64,000 bases of DNA from Terriglobia bacterium (GTDB lineage Bacteria > Acidobacteriota > Terriglobia > JAIQFV01): the NCBI GenBank assembly GCA_020073085.1, contig JAIQFV010000002.1, forward strand, positions 376,875 through 440,874, in the 5' to 3' direction. The translations under genes and the position numbers were made by a program. The notes beneath the pieces are model-generated. The model was not told where the DNA came from and ran no database searches. It saw nothing but the letters and a program-made list of their open reading frames with translations. The number at the start of each line of letters is the position of its first letter. The first letter of the stretch is position 1. This document shows positions 29,944-40,123 of this stretch, one piece after another.

Positions 29944-29983
29944 ATACAATATATTAACATTCCTGAAACAATATCTTAATATT
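29944..29983 (+). promoter_or_regulatory. two AT-rich direct repeats resembling NrdR boxes
   Basis: atacaatatattaacat and aacaatatcttaatatt, 23 bp apart, just downstream of the putative promoter in the nrdJ leader. Confidence 0.3.
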
Positions 29984-30165
29984 CACTTTCGCTGTAATCT
30001 GACATTCCCCGGGCCCCCTTGCCGCATTGATTCGTTGATTGAAGATGTGGAGTTGGTGTTGAGGCTTCCATTTCTTCGGCCAACTTTTTTCGTCTTCCTT
30101 CAGGGTTGATGATTTGAACCGACGAGATGATAAAAAAATAAACATGAAGAAATTCAGGAGGGTTC

Positions 30166-32547
30166 ATGGCTAGTACCGAGATCGAGCACAAGATTCAACC
30201 TTCGGAGATATTTCCGCTTTCATCCGTCCCGTTTGAGCCCAAACTTTCGGACAACGCGATCAAGGTCCTGGAACGCCGGTACCTTATCAAAGGGGCGGAC
30301 GGAAGGGTTGTAGAAACGCCGGCGGAAATGTTTCGAAGGGTGGCCATTAACCTATCCCAGGCGGAGTTGCTCTATGGCGCCACCGAGGAACAGCGCCAGG
30401 ACATCGAGAATCAGTTCTATGCCTCCATGGCCGCTTTGGACTTCATTCCCAATTCCCCCACGATGATGAATGCCGGGCGAGAGCTGCAACAGCTCTCCGC
30501 GTGCTTTGTGTTGCCGGTTCCGGATTCCATTGACGGGATTTTTGAGGCGGTTAAGCAGGCGGCCCTCATTCATAAGACCGGCGGAGGGACGGGCTTCGCC
30601 TTTTCGCGCATCCGGCCGGCCAACGACATCGTCATGACCACTCGTGGCGTGGCCAGCGGGCCCGTGAGTTTCATGAAGGTGTTTGACGCAGCCACCGAAA
30701 CCATCAAGCAGGGCTCCACGCGCCGCGGGGCCAACATGGGAATCCTGCGAGTGGATCATCCCGATATTCTGGAGTTCATCGCGATGAAGGCGGACATGAA
30801 GACGCTGACCAACTTCAATATCTCCGTGGCCATCACGGAGAGATTCATGGAGGCGGTGGAAAAGAATGAAGATTACGAACTCGTCAATCCCAAGACGAAG
30901 GAGTTGGAAGGGAAACTCAATGCGCGGGACGTGTTCAACCTGTTAGTCCGGAATGCGTGGAAGAACGGAGATCCGGGGATCATCTTCCTCGACCGCATCA
31001 ACCGCGCCCACACGACTCCGCACGTGATGCCGATTGAGTCCACGAACCCGTGCGGTGAGCAGCCGCTGATGCCGAACGAGAGCTGCAACCTGGGTTCGAT
31101 TAATCTCGGGAACATGTTGAACGAAAACAGCAGCCGCCTCGACTATGAACACCTGCGCCGGGTCATTCAGCTGTCCGTTCGCTTTCTCGACAACGTGGTG
31201 GACATGAACCGGTATCCGGTCGACGCCATCCGCGAGGTGACGCTGGGCTCCCGGAAGATCGGGTTGGGGGTCATGGGTTGGGCCGATATGCTCTATCGGA
31301 TGGAGATCCCCTATAACAGCGAAAAGGCCATTCAACTGGCGGAGACGGCGATGGCGTTCATTGAGGATGAGGGGCATCGCTGCTCTCAAATGCTGGCGGA
31401 GGAGCGGGGGGTCTTCCCCTACTGGAAGGGCTCCACTTACGAAAAGCGCGGAATCAAGATGCGCAACTCCACCGTCACGACGATTGCCCCCACTGGAACG
31501 ATTTCGATTATTGCCGGCTGCTCCGGTGGAATCGAGCCCCAGTTTGCATTGGTATTTTTCCGCAATGTCATGGACAACACCAAGCTTCCGGAGGTTCACG
31601 GGTACTTCAGGCAGGTGTTGGAACGCGAAGGCCTCTACTCGGAAGAACTGATGGAAAAGATCGCCGAGCACGGTTCGGTCCAGGACATGGAGGCCATCCC
31701 GGAAGCGCTCCGCCGGGTCTTCGTCACCTCGCATGACATCACGCCGGAATGGCACATTCGGATGCAGGCGGCGTTCCAGAAATACACCGACAACGCGGTT
31801 TCGAAGACCGTGAACTTCCCCTCCAGCGCCACCCCCGAAGAGGTGGAGCGGGTTTACATGCTGGCTTACGAGCTGGGCTGCAAGGGCGTCACGATCTACC
31901 GCGATGGAAGTCGCGACAATCAGGTCCTCAATGTGGGCCGGATGAAGGAAGGAAAGGTCGCCAAGGAGGCGGCCCAGCCCCCCGTTGCGGTCCAGGAACC
32001 GGCGACGAAAACGATCCCGTCCGGAGCGTTCGTCCGCCCGGACTCGATGGATGCCAGCCCGACGTTGAAACCGCGCCCGGATGTCGTCAATGGGAAAACC
32101 TATCGACAGCAAACCCCCCTGGGGACGGCGTTTGTCACGGTGAATTCGAACGGGCATTTGGAGCCCTTTGAGGTTTTTACGAATGTGGGCAAGGCGGGCA
32201 GCGATACCGCGGCGGTGGCCGAAGCCATCGGGAGGCTGGTGTCGCTCGTGCTCCGACTGCCATCCAGTCTTTCACCCACTGATCGGATGAAGGAAATTGT
32301 CAAACAGCTTTCCGGCATTGGTGGAAAACACTTCGTCGGGTATGGTCAGAAAAGCGTCCGGTCATTGCCGGATGCCGTGGCACAGGTGCTGGCACAGCAT
32401 CTCGGCCTGGTGGAGCCGGATCTGCCGGCGACGAATGGAACCATTTCCACGCGGATTGGTGATCTGTGTCCGGTATGCGGAAATGCGACGTTCGTCTATC
32501 AGGAAGGCTGCCAGAAGTGTTATTCCTGCTCTCATTCTGAGTGTTGA
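30166..32547 (+). CDS. nrdJ: adenosylcobalamin-dependent ribonucleoside-diphosphate reductase (class II, NrdJ)
   Basis: Class II RNR N-terminal region and active-site blocks (NPCGEQPL, CNLGSINL), C-terminal Cys-rich tail; CAGGAGGG ribosome-binding site. Confidence 0.9.
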   Translation: MASTEIEHKIQPSEIFPLSSVPFEPKLSDNAIKVLERRYLIKGADGRVVETPAEMFRRVAINLSQAELLYGATEEQRQDIENQFYASMAALDFIPNSPTMMNAGRELQQLSACFVLPVPDSIDGIFEAVKQAALIHKTGGGTGFAFSRIRPANDIVMTTRGVASGPVSFMKVFDAATETIKQGSTRRGANMGILRVDHPDILEFIAMKADMKTLTNFNISVAITERFMEAVEKNEDYELVNPKTKELEGKLNARDVFNLLVRNAWKNGDPGIIFLDRINRAHTTPHVMPIESTNPCGEQPLMPNESCNLGSINLGNMLNENSSRLDYEHLRRVIQLSVRFLDNVVDMNRYPVDAIREVTLGSRKIGLGVMGWADMLYRMEIPYNSEKAIQLAETAMAFIEDEGHRCSQMLAEERGVFPYWKGSTYEKRGIKMRNSTVTTIAPTGTISIIAGCSGGIEPQFALVFFRNVMDNTKLPEVHGYFRQVLEREGLYSEELMEKIAEHGSVQDMEAIPEALRRVFVTSHDITPEWHIRMQAAFQKYTDNAVSKTVNFPSSATPEEVERVYMLAYELGCKGVTIYRDGSRDNQVLNVGRMKEGKVAKEAAQPPVAVQEPATKTIPSGAFVRPDSMDASPTLKPRPDVVNGKTYRQQTPLGTAFVTVNSNGHLEPFEVFTNVGKAGSDTAAVAEAIGRLVSLVLRLPSSLSPTDRMKEIVKQLSGIGGKHFVGYGQKSVRSLPDAVAQVLAQHLGLVEPDLPATNGTISTRIGDLCPVCGNATFVYQEGCQKCYSCSHSEC

Positions 32548-32591
32548 TGTAGTGCCCCGATGTAGTGCCGATGTAGTGTCGATGTAGTGCC
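32546..32591. repeat. 4 x 11-12 bp tandem repeat (GATGTAGTGCC) overlapping the nrdJ stop codon
   Basis: gatgtagtgcccc gatgtagtgcc gatgtagtgtc gatgtagtgcc. Confidence 0.7.
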
Positions 32592-32604
32592 GACTTCAGT
32601 CGGC
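32589..32604 (+). terminator. short hairpin (GCCGAC-TTCA-GTCGGC) after nrdJ, possible terminator
   Basis: Perfect 6 bp stem with 4 nt loop followed by an AT-rich but not U-run sequence. Confidence 0.25.
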
Positions 32605-32831
32605 TATATAGGCCTCTAAATCAGACCGTCGGGAAGAACGGAACCACTCCCGCTTCCCAACCCTTCCTGTCTCGACACCGGCTACCCGCCTCTGCTGTGG
32701 TGGTCCGGTGTCATACCCCTCCTTCGATTTCTCCTGAACCCGGATTCTCTGTTCTGCGAAAACACTCAACTTGTCGTATCATAGCAAGAGGTTCGGGGCA
32801 GGAGGTTCATTTACCCCAGGAGGCCCACTCA

Positions 32832-34583
32832 ATGAGACTGTCACACGTCGTAATCTTTTTTATTGTTTTTTCTTTCATCGGAATCACCCCCGGCAAGGCA
32901 CAGAGTTCCGGCACTTGGTCACTCGACAAGGATGGTGAGAAATGGGTGGAGGCTACGCTGAAAACGCTCTCACGCGACGAGAAGATTGGCCAACTCCTCA
33001 TTCCGGTCACAACCGGGCAATTCACTGCCCTCGACAGTGATGCATTTGCGAAGATCAAGGAAAACATCCAAAAATACCATGTCGGGGGATACCACGTTTT
33101 TGGAAATGAACTGGTCAGCGGCGCGTTGCTGATCAACCGCATGCAGGACCTTGCACAAGTCCCTTTGATGATCACGGCGGATTTCGAAGGGGGAGTAGGG
33201 TACCAGTTCCGGGATGCGACACGGTTGCCGCGAGCCATGGCCATCGGGGCCACCGGGGATCCCAACTTTGCTTACCAGGCAGGCAAGACGGCCGCCGAGG
33301 AAGGGCGGGCATTGGGCGTGCTGGTGAATTTCTATCCGGTCGTGGATGTAAATAACAATCCCCGCAACCCCATCATCAATATCCGCTCATTCGGGGAGTC
33401 GGTCGACGCGGTAGAGAAGATGGCGGTGGCCTACATTCAGGGAACCCATGACGGCGGCATGATGGCAACCGCCAAGCATTTTCCCGGCCATGGAGACACC
33501 AGCGAGGACACGCACTTGATGTTGCCCACTTTGACGATCGACAAGGATCGGCTCGAAAAGGTGGAACTTCCCCCCTTCAAGGCCGCCATACACGCCGGGG
33601 TCGATGCCGTGATGAGCGCGCATATTTATTTTCCGGCCCTCGAACCGGAAAAGGGCGTTCCCGCGACCCTCTCAAAAAACATCCTCACCGGACTGCTGCG
33701 CGATGAGCTGAAATTTTCGAATCTGATTTTCACTGATGCGATGGATATGCATGGTGTGACGGCCTCGTTTTCCCGGGAGGAAGCCACGGTTCGCGCGGTC
33801 CAGGCGGGGGTTGATTTTGTCCTCTTTATTCCGGACGTTGCAACCTCCTTCAATGCGCTGAAAAAGGCATTGGAGACCGGGGTCCTCGACGAAGCCCGAA
33901 TCGACCAGTCCGTCCGGCGAATCCTCCGGGCCAAGGCGGCCATGGGCCTTCACAAGAACCGCTATACCGACATCACCCACCTGGATATGGCTATTTCTAC
34001 GAAGCCACACCTCAAGGTCGCACGCGACATCGCTGAGAATGCCACGACGCTCATCAAGGATGAGAAAAACGTCCTGCCGCTCCAACTGAAGCCCACGGAC
34101 CGGGTCCTGATCCTCAACGTTTACGACAGCGCCACAGGCTGGCGCGAGGGCAAGCCGGGAGGCGTCTTTGTGCGGGAATTTCAGACGCGGCATCCCGGCA
34201 GTTTGGTGATTGAACTTTCGGATTTGACGACGCTGCCGGAATTCGAATTAGTCCGCAAGGTGCTCCCGGATTTCAACATCATTCTGATCAACACCTTTGC
34301 CCGGGTCGCTGCCTACCGCGGCTCGATCAACCTGACCGAAAACGAAACTTTTTTCTTAAAGCAACTGGCCACTGTGAACAAACCCGTGATCACCACGGTG
34401 TTTGGTAACCCTTATATCCCGATGTCGGTTCCGGAGTTGCCGGCGTTTGTCCTGACATTTGAAATCTATCCCGACGCGGAGCTCGCGGCGGTCGAAGCCC
34501 TGACAGGCGAGATCCCGTTCCGGGGAAAACTCCCGATCAGTTTGCCGGGTATGTTTGAGTTGGGATGGGGGATGAAGAAGTAG
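32832..34583 (+). CDS. glycoside hydrolase family 3 protein (beta-N-acetylhexosaminidase / beta-glucosidase-like), secreted
   Basis: GH3 N-terminal domain motif KHFPGHGDTSEDTH; signal peptide from MRLSHVVIFFIVFSFIG; AGGAGG ribosome-binding site. Confidence 0.85.
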   Translation: MRLSHVVIFFIVFSFIGITPGKAQSSGTWSLDKDGEKWVEATLKTLSRDEKIGQLLIPVTTGQFTALDSDAFAKIKENIQKYHVGGYHVFGNELVSGALLINRMQDLAQVPLMITADFEGGVGYQFRDATRLPRAMAIGATGDPNFAYQAGKTAAEEGRALGVLVNFYPVVDVNNNPRNPIINIRSFGESVDAVEKMAVAYIQGTHDGGMMATAKHFPGHGDTSEDTHLMLPTLTIDKDRLEKVELPPFKAAIHAGVDAVMSAHIYFPALEPEKGVPATLSKNILTGLLRDELKFSNLIFTDAMDMHGVTASFSREEATVRAVQAGVDFVLFIPDVATSFNALKKALETGVLDEARIDQSVRRILRAKAAMGLHKNRYTDITHLDMAISTKPHLKVARDIAENATTLIKDEKNVLPLQLKPTDRVLILNVYDSATGWREGKPGGVFVREFQTRHPGSLVIELSDLTTLPEFELVRKVLPDFNIILINTFARVAAYRGSINLTENETFFLKQLATVNKPVITTVFGNPYIPMSVPELPAFVLTFEIYPDAELAAVEALTGEIPFRGKLPISLPGMFELGWGMKK

Positions 34584-34606
34584 GGAGGGTTTACGATTTC
34601 GTTGGA

Positions 34607-34632
34607 GGGGCGCCCGCCGCGGCGCGCGCCCC
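34607..34632. terminator. GC-rich hairpin between convergent genes, possible bidirectional terminator
   Basis: GGGGCGC...GCGCCCC stem followed by CTTT on the plus strand; lies between stops at 34583 and 34653. Confidence 0.35.
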
Positions 34633-34652
34633 CTTTGAATTCGAATAATCCC

Positions 34653-35852
34653 CTAACCCACCGTCGTAGGTTCCCGCCTCTCTACCAGTCTCGGTTCCAT
34701 CGAAGCAGACTCCTTAATGAGACTCCGGGCAATGACCAACCGCTGAATCTGATTGGTTCCTTCGTAGATCTGCGTGATCTTGGCGTCCCGCATATACTTT
34801 TCGATGGGATAGTCCTTGCAATATCCGTACCCCCCGAAGAGCTGCACCGCATCAGTGGTCACCCTCATCGCGGTGTCGGTGGCGAAGACCTTGGCCATGG
34901 CCGCCACTTTGGAGACGTTCTTGGCTCCCGTATCGAGCAATCGCGCGGAGTAATAGACCAGCTGACGGGCCGCTTCGACCTGCGTCGCCATGTCGGCCAG
35001 CATGAACTGGAGACCCTGAAAAGAAACGATGGGTTGCCCGAACTGCTCGCGGCCCCGTGCATACTCCAGCGCCAGATCGAGGGCGCCTTGCGCTAATCCC
35101 ACCGCCTGGGCCGCGACACCCGGCCGCGCATTATCGAGCGTCTGCATCGCCAGGGCGAAACCAATCCCTTCCTTGCCTCCCAGCAGATTCGCAGCCGGAA
35201 TGGAACAATCCCGAAAGTGCAGGTTATGAACGCTGACGCAGCGGATCCCCATGAGATCTTCCTTTCGGCCGATCACAAACCCGGGGGCGCCCTTCTCCGC
35301 CACGATGGCGCTGATGCCGCGCGTGCCTCGTTCCGGATCGGTGACGCAAAAGATGGTATAGATCTCCGCCGCCCCGCCGTTCGTGTTCCACTTCTTGTCT
35401 CCATTGAGGACATAGCCCTCCCCGCGTTTTTCAGCGCGAGTTTTCAAGCTGGCCGCATCACTGCCGGCCGTGGGTTCCGACAGCCCGAAGCTGATTAACC
35501 GCTTCCCGGTGGCGATATCCGGCAACCAGCGGCCTTTCTGTTCCTCGGTGCCTCCGAAAATAATGGGGAAGGATCCCAACGCGTTGACGGCATAAGCAAC
35601 CCCAACGCCGCCGCAGGCGCGCGAGAGCTCTTCAACAATCAGGCACAGATTCAAGACACCGCCCTGACCCCCGCCGTATTCCTTCGGGATCCACTCGCCC
35701 ATGAGTCCGTATTCCTTCAACTTTTCAATGATCTCCCAGGGATAGCGGGCCTCACGATCCAATTCTGCGGCAAGCGGGCGCACAAATTTCTCGGCTACCT
35801 CACGGGCGCGGGCACGGTAGTCAAGGTTTTCTGCGGTCAGCAGTTCATTCAT
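34653..35852 (-). CDS. acyl-CoA dehydrogenase
   Basis: Acyl-CoA dehydrogenase signatures in the middle and C-terminal domains (GLSEPTAGSD, QLFGGYGY) and a near-C-terminal catalytic Glu (IYEGT); GGAGGAGG ribosome-binding site. Confidence 0.9.
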   Translation of the reverse strand: MNELLTAENLDYRARAREVAEKFVRPLAAELDREARYPWEIIEKLKEYGLMGEWIPKEYGGGQGGVLNLCLIVEELSRACGGVGVAYAVNALGSFPIIFGGTEEQKGRWLPDIATGKRLISFGLSEPTAGSDAASLKTRAEKRGEGYVLNGDKKWNTNGGAAEIYTIFCVTDPERGTRGISAIVAEKGAPGFVIGRKEDLMGIRCVSVHNLHFRDCSIPAANLLGGKEGIGFALAMQTLDNARPGVAAQAVGLAQGALDLALEYARGREQFGQPIVSFQGLQFMLADMATQVEAARQLVYYSARLLDTGAKNVSKVAAMAKVFATDTAMRVTTDAVQLFGGYGYCKDYPIEKYMRDAKITQIYEGTNQIQRLVIARSLIKESASMEPRLVERREPTTVG

Positions 35853-36115
35853 AAACGCCTCCTCCACGGATTCGAAAGATGTGATGACGGGCTCAGAGCC
35901 TTTTCGGCAGTTCAAAAGTGGTCAAGCTCTTGGCGAGACGATCGATTCAAAAGGGGCAAAAGCGCCCTATGATAAGACCACAGTCGAGACCTTTTCAATG
36001 GGAATCTCTTGGGCCAGCAGCCCTGTTCATGGCCTTGGCGCCGGCGCACCTGGATTTGAAATAAAGAAATATATCTTGTGAATCTTGTGCATCCTTGTAG
36101 TTCCCGATGATGCCC

Positions 36116-36856
36116 CTATTCTGGAATCACCACCTTGGAAACGTTCTGCTTCTTATCCCGGACCAGTTTCACGACTCCCTTGCGCTGAGCCGCTTCCAGA
36201 AATTTACCGAAGGATTTGTAGCCCAGGGCGCTTTCATCGAAGGCGGGATTCTTGCGGAGTAGAACTTGTTTAACATGAGAGAAGTGTGGCTCGCTGATCC
36301 CCTCGCGGCCAAGGGCTTGGAGGGCGTCCCGGAGCAATTCGAAATCCGGTTCGATGGGGGCGGCCGCTCCACTCCGGGGGGCGGGTTTGCGCGAAGATTG
36401 GGCCCGCACCAGGGCATCATAAAAGATGAATTCGTCGCATTGATCGATCAAGAGCCGGTTTGTGGTCTTCTGATGCCCGAAGCCGATCACCGTCTTGTTG
36501 TATTCCCGCAGTTTGGACACCAGGGGCGTGAAATCGCTGTCTCCGGACACGATGGCGAAGATATCCACATAATCCCGCGCAAAGGCGGTCTCCAGCGCGT
36601 CGATCACAATCTTGATGTCAGCGGCGTTCTTCTGCTGGATGCCACGGGTGGGCATTTCGATCATCTCGACGCCATTTTCCTGAAGCTCCCGTTGGTATTT
36701 CTGAAATCGCGTCCAGTCCGAATAGGCGCGTTTCAGGAGAATTTTACCCTTCTCTTTGAGGCGATCCAGGATCAGAGAGAGGCGAAACGTCTCGTCCTCC
36801 CGCATGCTGAGCGCCATGTTGTCAAAGTCGATAAATACGGCAATGCGGCTGTCCAT
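36116..36856 (-). CDS. NYN-domain (LabA-like) protein with C-terminal OST-HTH/LOTUS-like domain
   Basis: N-terminal NYN/LabA motif (IAVFIDFDNM...DIFAIVSGDSDF); C-terminal helical domain. Confidence 0.6.
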   Translation of the reverse strand: MDSRIAVFIDFDNMALSMREDETFRLSLILDRLKEKGKILLKRAYSDWTRFQKYQRELQENGVEMIEMPTRGIQQKNAADIKIVIDALETAFARDYVDIFAIVSGDSDFTPLVSKLREYNKTVIGFGHQKTTNRLLIDQCDEFIFYDALVRAQSSRKPAPRSGAAAPIEPDFELLRDALQALGREGISEPHFSHVKQVLLRKNPAFDESALGYKSFGKFLEAAQRKGVVKLVRDKKQNVSKVVIPE

Positions 36857-37017
36857 AGGCCACCTTCTCTAGATGGAATTGGTCCTTGTTTTCACAATCT
36901 TAATCTGGTAGAGTCAGATTCGCAAGCGAGGAAGTTTCAGTCCCCCCACTTTATTACCCCCCTCAACGTGTTCGTCCCGCGACACCAGAGTCATGGCTGT
37001 CGCCCAAGGAGCGTGTC

Positions 37018-37413
37018 ATGAAAAAAATGGGGTCTCTCTTCGTAATTTTACTTCTCATCGTATTTCTCTCCGCTTCGACCAGTCCGGCCTTCTGGGGGAG
37101 CAGTCAAGGGCAAGATGAAGCCACAAAAACAACGGCAAAACGGGCTCAGGCTTCCTCCGGTCCCGCCTTGGATGATGCCGGCATTGCTTCCGTCATCAAA
37201 GGGAAGTTTGCCAAGTCCAACTTGACGAAAGATGCGGCGATTGAGGTGGACGTGAAAGATGGCGTGGTCACGTTAAAAGGGAAGGTGCAGCACGGCTATC
37301 AAAAGGGAGGCGCCACCCGGATGGCCAAGACCGTGCGCGGCGTCAAGAGCGTGAACAATCTGATTGAGGTCGAAAGCGCTTCCGGATCAGGATCCTCTTC
37401 AAAGGGCAAGTAG
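37018..37413 (+). CDS. BON-domain (OsmY-like) periplasmic protein
   Basis: Signal peptide and BON-like segment (DAGIASVIKGKFAKSNLTKDAAIEVDVKDGVVTLKGKV); AAGGAG ribosome-binding site. Confidence 0.6.
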   Translation: MKKMGSLFVILLLIVFLSASTSPAFWGSSQGQDEATKTTAKRAQASSGPALDDAGIASVIKGKFAKSNLTKDAAIEVDVKDGVVTLKGKVQHGYQKGGATRMAKTVRGVKSVNNLIEVESASGSGSSSKGK

Positions 37414-37694
37414 GAGAGGATCGCTTTGGCAATAAAACCGTGATGGCGTGGGAGAGAGAAGGCATGATCCGAAAACTGCTGGAAACCGCGTTCACAAAAG
37501 CCCTTTGCCTTTGCTCTCCCTCCGTCCTCTATGTTGCACCCGCCACATTCTCGTTACGTGCTTCCGCTTTTCAGAACAGGGAATGGGTCGCACCCAAAGC
37601 GTCTCCACAATCGGATTCCGGCTTCTGGCGTCCGGCTTCTGACCTCAATTACACAGCTTCAGGACCCCCGCTGTCGCTTCCCTCTTCCCAAACT

Positions 37695-38702
37695 TCAAAC
37701 GGATTTGATCTTCCTCAGCACCGCTTCCGTGAACTGCTGCGTATTGGCCGTTCCTCCCAGGTCCCGGGTGATCTGATTGCCTTCGGCGTAGACGCCCTCG
37801 ATGGCGGAACGCAGGCGGCGGCCGGCCTCGAGTTCGTTGAGATGTTCGAGCAGGAGGGCCGACGACAACATCACCGCCGTCGGGTTGGACACGCCTTTGC
37901 CCGCAATATCCGGAGCAGAACCATGGACCGCTTCAAAGATGGCCCCATCGACGCCGATGTTGGCTCCGGGAACCAGACCGAGTCCCCCGATCAATCCCGC
38001 GCCCAGGTCCGAGATAATATCGCCGTAAAGGTTTTCCAGCAGCAGCATATCGAATTGCTGCGGGTTGATCACGAGTTGCATACAGGTGTTATCGACGATG
38101 AGCTCCCGGTATTTGATTTCCGGATACTGGCTGGCGACGATGCGGACACAATTGAGAAAAAGGCCGTCGCTCATCTTCATGATATTGGCCTTGTGGACCG
38201 CGCACACTTCGTGGCGGCCATGCTTTCTAGCGTATTCGAACGCGAACCGCGCAATGCGGGTGGACGCGCGTTCGGTGATGATTTTCAAGCTCTCCACCAC
38301 GCCGGGGACCACTTCGTGTTCCAGGCCGGCGTAGAGATCCTCCGTGTTTTCCCGGACGACGATGAGATCAATGTCGCCGAACCGACAGGGAACATTCGGC
38401 ATGTTCTTAATGGGCCGGAAATTTGCGTAGAGGTCAAACATCTTCCGAAGGCGGACGTTCAGGCTGGGGAATCCTTCGGCCACCTGGGTGGTGATGGGAC
38501 CTTTGAGCGCCACCCGGTTTCGCTTGATCGATTCAATCAGCGCATCAGGTAGAAGGGTCCCGTATTGTTTGAGCGCTTCTCCTCCGGCGTTGATTTCTTC
38601 CCAGTGAATAGTAACGCCGGTCGCCTCGATGACGCGTCGCGCGGCGCTGATCACCTCGGGACCGATCCCATCGCCCGGAATCAGAGTGACATTGTGAATC
38701 AT
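37695..38702 (-). CDS. isocitrate / isopropylmalate dehydrogenase family protein (likely NAD-dependent isocitrate dehydrogenase)
   Basis: N-terminal GDGIGPEV motif and conserved metal and substrate-binding blocks of the beta-decarboxylating dehydrogenase family. Confidence 0.8.
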   Translation of the reverse strand: MIHNVTLIPGDGIGPEVISAARRVIEATGVTIHWEEINAGGEALKQYGTLLPDALIESIKRNRVALKGPITTQVAEGFPSLNVRLRKMFDLYANFRPIKNMPNVPCRFGDIDLIVVRENTEDLYAGLEHEVVPGVVESLKIITERASTRIARFAFEYARKHGRHEVCAVHKANIMKMSDGLFLNCVRIVASQYPEIKYRELIVDNTCMQLVINPQQFDMLLLENLYGDIISDLGAGLIGGLGLVPGANIGVDGAIFEAVHGSAPDIAGKGVSNPTAVMLSSALLLEHLNELEAGRRLRSAIEGVYAEGNQITRDLGGTANTQQFTEAVLRKIKSV

Positions 38703-38707
38703 GGTGT

Positions 38708-40123
38708 TCAGGCTCCTCGCGCTGGAAGAGCGCCCGTCAAGCTCTCCTGCAAGGGCTCGAAGCGCGCGGTGAAATGGCGCAAGAAGGGCGCCTGATAGGT
38801 CATCTTCAAGCCCCGGATGTCCTGGCGCCGCTCCCAGACCCCCAAGATCGCTTCCACGACATAATCGATGTGCGATTGTGTGTACACCCGCCGGGGGATG
38901 GCCAGCCGCACCAGTTCCATGGGGGAGGGGATCTCCTCGCCGGTTTTGGGGTCCGCCTTGCCGAACATCACGGAGCCGATTTCAACCGCGCGAATGCCCG
39001 CTTCCAGGTACAGCTCTGCGACCAGGGTCTGACCGGGGTATTGCGACCGGGGAATGTGGGGGAGGAAGGCTGCCGCGTCGATGTAAATCGCATGTCCACC
39101 CGGAGGCTGAACAATGGGCACCCCCTCACGGGCAATGTGGTCGCCCAGGTAGTGGGTCGAGACGATCCGATAATTCAGGTAGTCCTCATGAAGCACTTCA
39201 TTCAATCCTACGGCAATCGCTTCCAGATCGCGGCCCGCGAGCCCGCCATAAGTGGGGAAACCCTCCGTCAGGATCAACAGGTTCTTCTCCTGCTGCGCCA
39301 GGGCGTCATCTTGAGTCGCCAGGAACCCGCCAATATTCGCCAGACCGTCCTTCTTCGCGCTCATCGTGCATCCATCAGCAGATGAGAACATTTCGCGGGC
39401 AATCTCACGGGGAGACCGGCCGGCATAACCCTCCTCGCGGAGTTTGATGAAATAGGCGTTTTCGGCAAAACGGCAGGCGTCCAGATAGAGCGGAATTTTG
39501 AATTCATCACACACCCGGCGCACCGCGCGAATATTTGCCATGGAGACCGGTTGACCGCCGCCGGAATTATTCGTCAGGGTCAGCATGACCAACGGAACGC
39601 GCTCGCGCCCGGCGCGCTCGATGCACTGGCGCAAGGCGTTCACATCCATGTTCCCCTTGAACGGGTGCAGCGTGGCGGGTTGTCGCCCTTCGGGGATCAC
39701 CAGGTCCACGGCCTCTCCGCCCACATATTCAATGTTGGCGCGCGTCGTGTCAAAATGGGTGTTGTTCGGTACGACATCCCCTTTCTTCACCATGCAGGAG
39801 AACAAGATGCGCTCCGCGGCACGTCCCTGATGGGTGGGGATGACGTGCTTGAAGCCGAAAATATCTTGAACGGACGCCTTGAAACGGTTCCAACTCCGGC
39901 TGCCGGCATACGCCTCGTCGCCCTGGGCCAAGGCCGCCCACTGATCGGCGCTCATCGCGGCGGTCCCGCTGTCCGTCAGCAAGTCGATGATTACATTCTC
40001 CGCGTCGATGAGAAAAGGGTTGTATCCCGCCTCGGACAGGAAATGTTCCCGGTCCTCCCGGGTCGTCATTTTGATCTGTTCGACTACTTTGATCTTAAAG
40101 GGTTCAATGATGGACTTGATCAT
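38708..40123 (-). CDS. tryptophanase / tyrosine phenol-lyase family (beta-eliminating lyase)
   Basis: Overall match to PLP-dependent beta-eliminating lyases (conserved N-terminal FKIKVVE...EDRE region); start chosen at ATG (MIKSI). Confidence 0.8.
   Translation of the reverse strand: MIKSIIEPFKIKVVEQIKMTTREDREHFLSEAGYNPFLIDAENVIIDLLTDSGTAAMSADQWAALAQGDEAYAGSRSWNRFKASVQDIFGFKHVIPTHQGRAAERILFSCMVKKGDVVPNNTHFDTTRANIEYVGGEAVDLVIPEGRQPATLHPFKGNMDVNALRQCIERAGRERVPLVMLTLTNNSGGGQPVSMANIRAVRRVCDEFKIPLYLDACRFAENAYFIKLREEGYAGRSPREIAREMFSSADGCTMSAKKDGLANIGGFLATQDDALAQQEKNLLILTEGFPTYGGLAGRDLEAIAVGLNEVLHEDYLNYRIVSTHYLGDHIAREGVPIVQPPGGHAIYIDAAAFLPHIPRSQYPGQTLVAELYLEAGIRAVEIGSVMFGKADPKTGEEIPSPMELVRLAIPRRVYTQSHIDYVVEAILGVWERRQDIRGLKMTYQAPFLRHFTARFEPLQESLTGALPARGA

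Noticed and set aside
29590-30165. Cobalamin riboswitch in the long nrdJ leader
   Set aside because: No B12-box (GCCACTG-like core) or conserved riboswitch stems were found; class II RNR leaders are more often NrdR-regulated.
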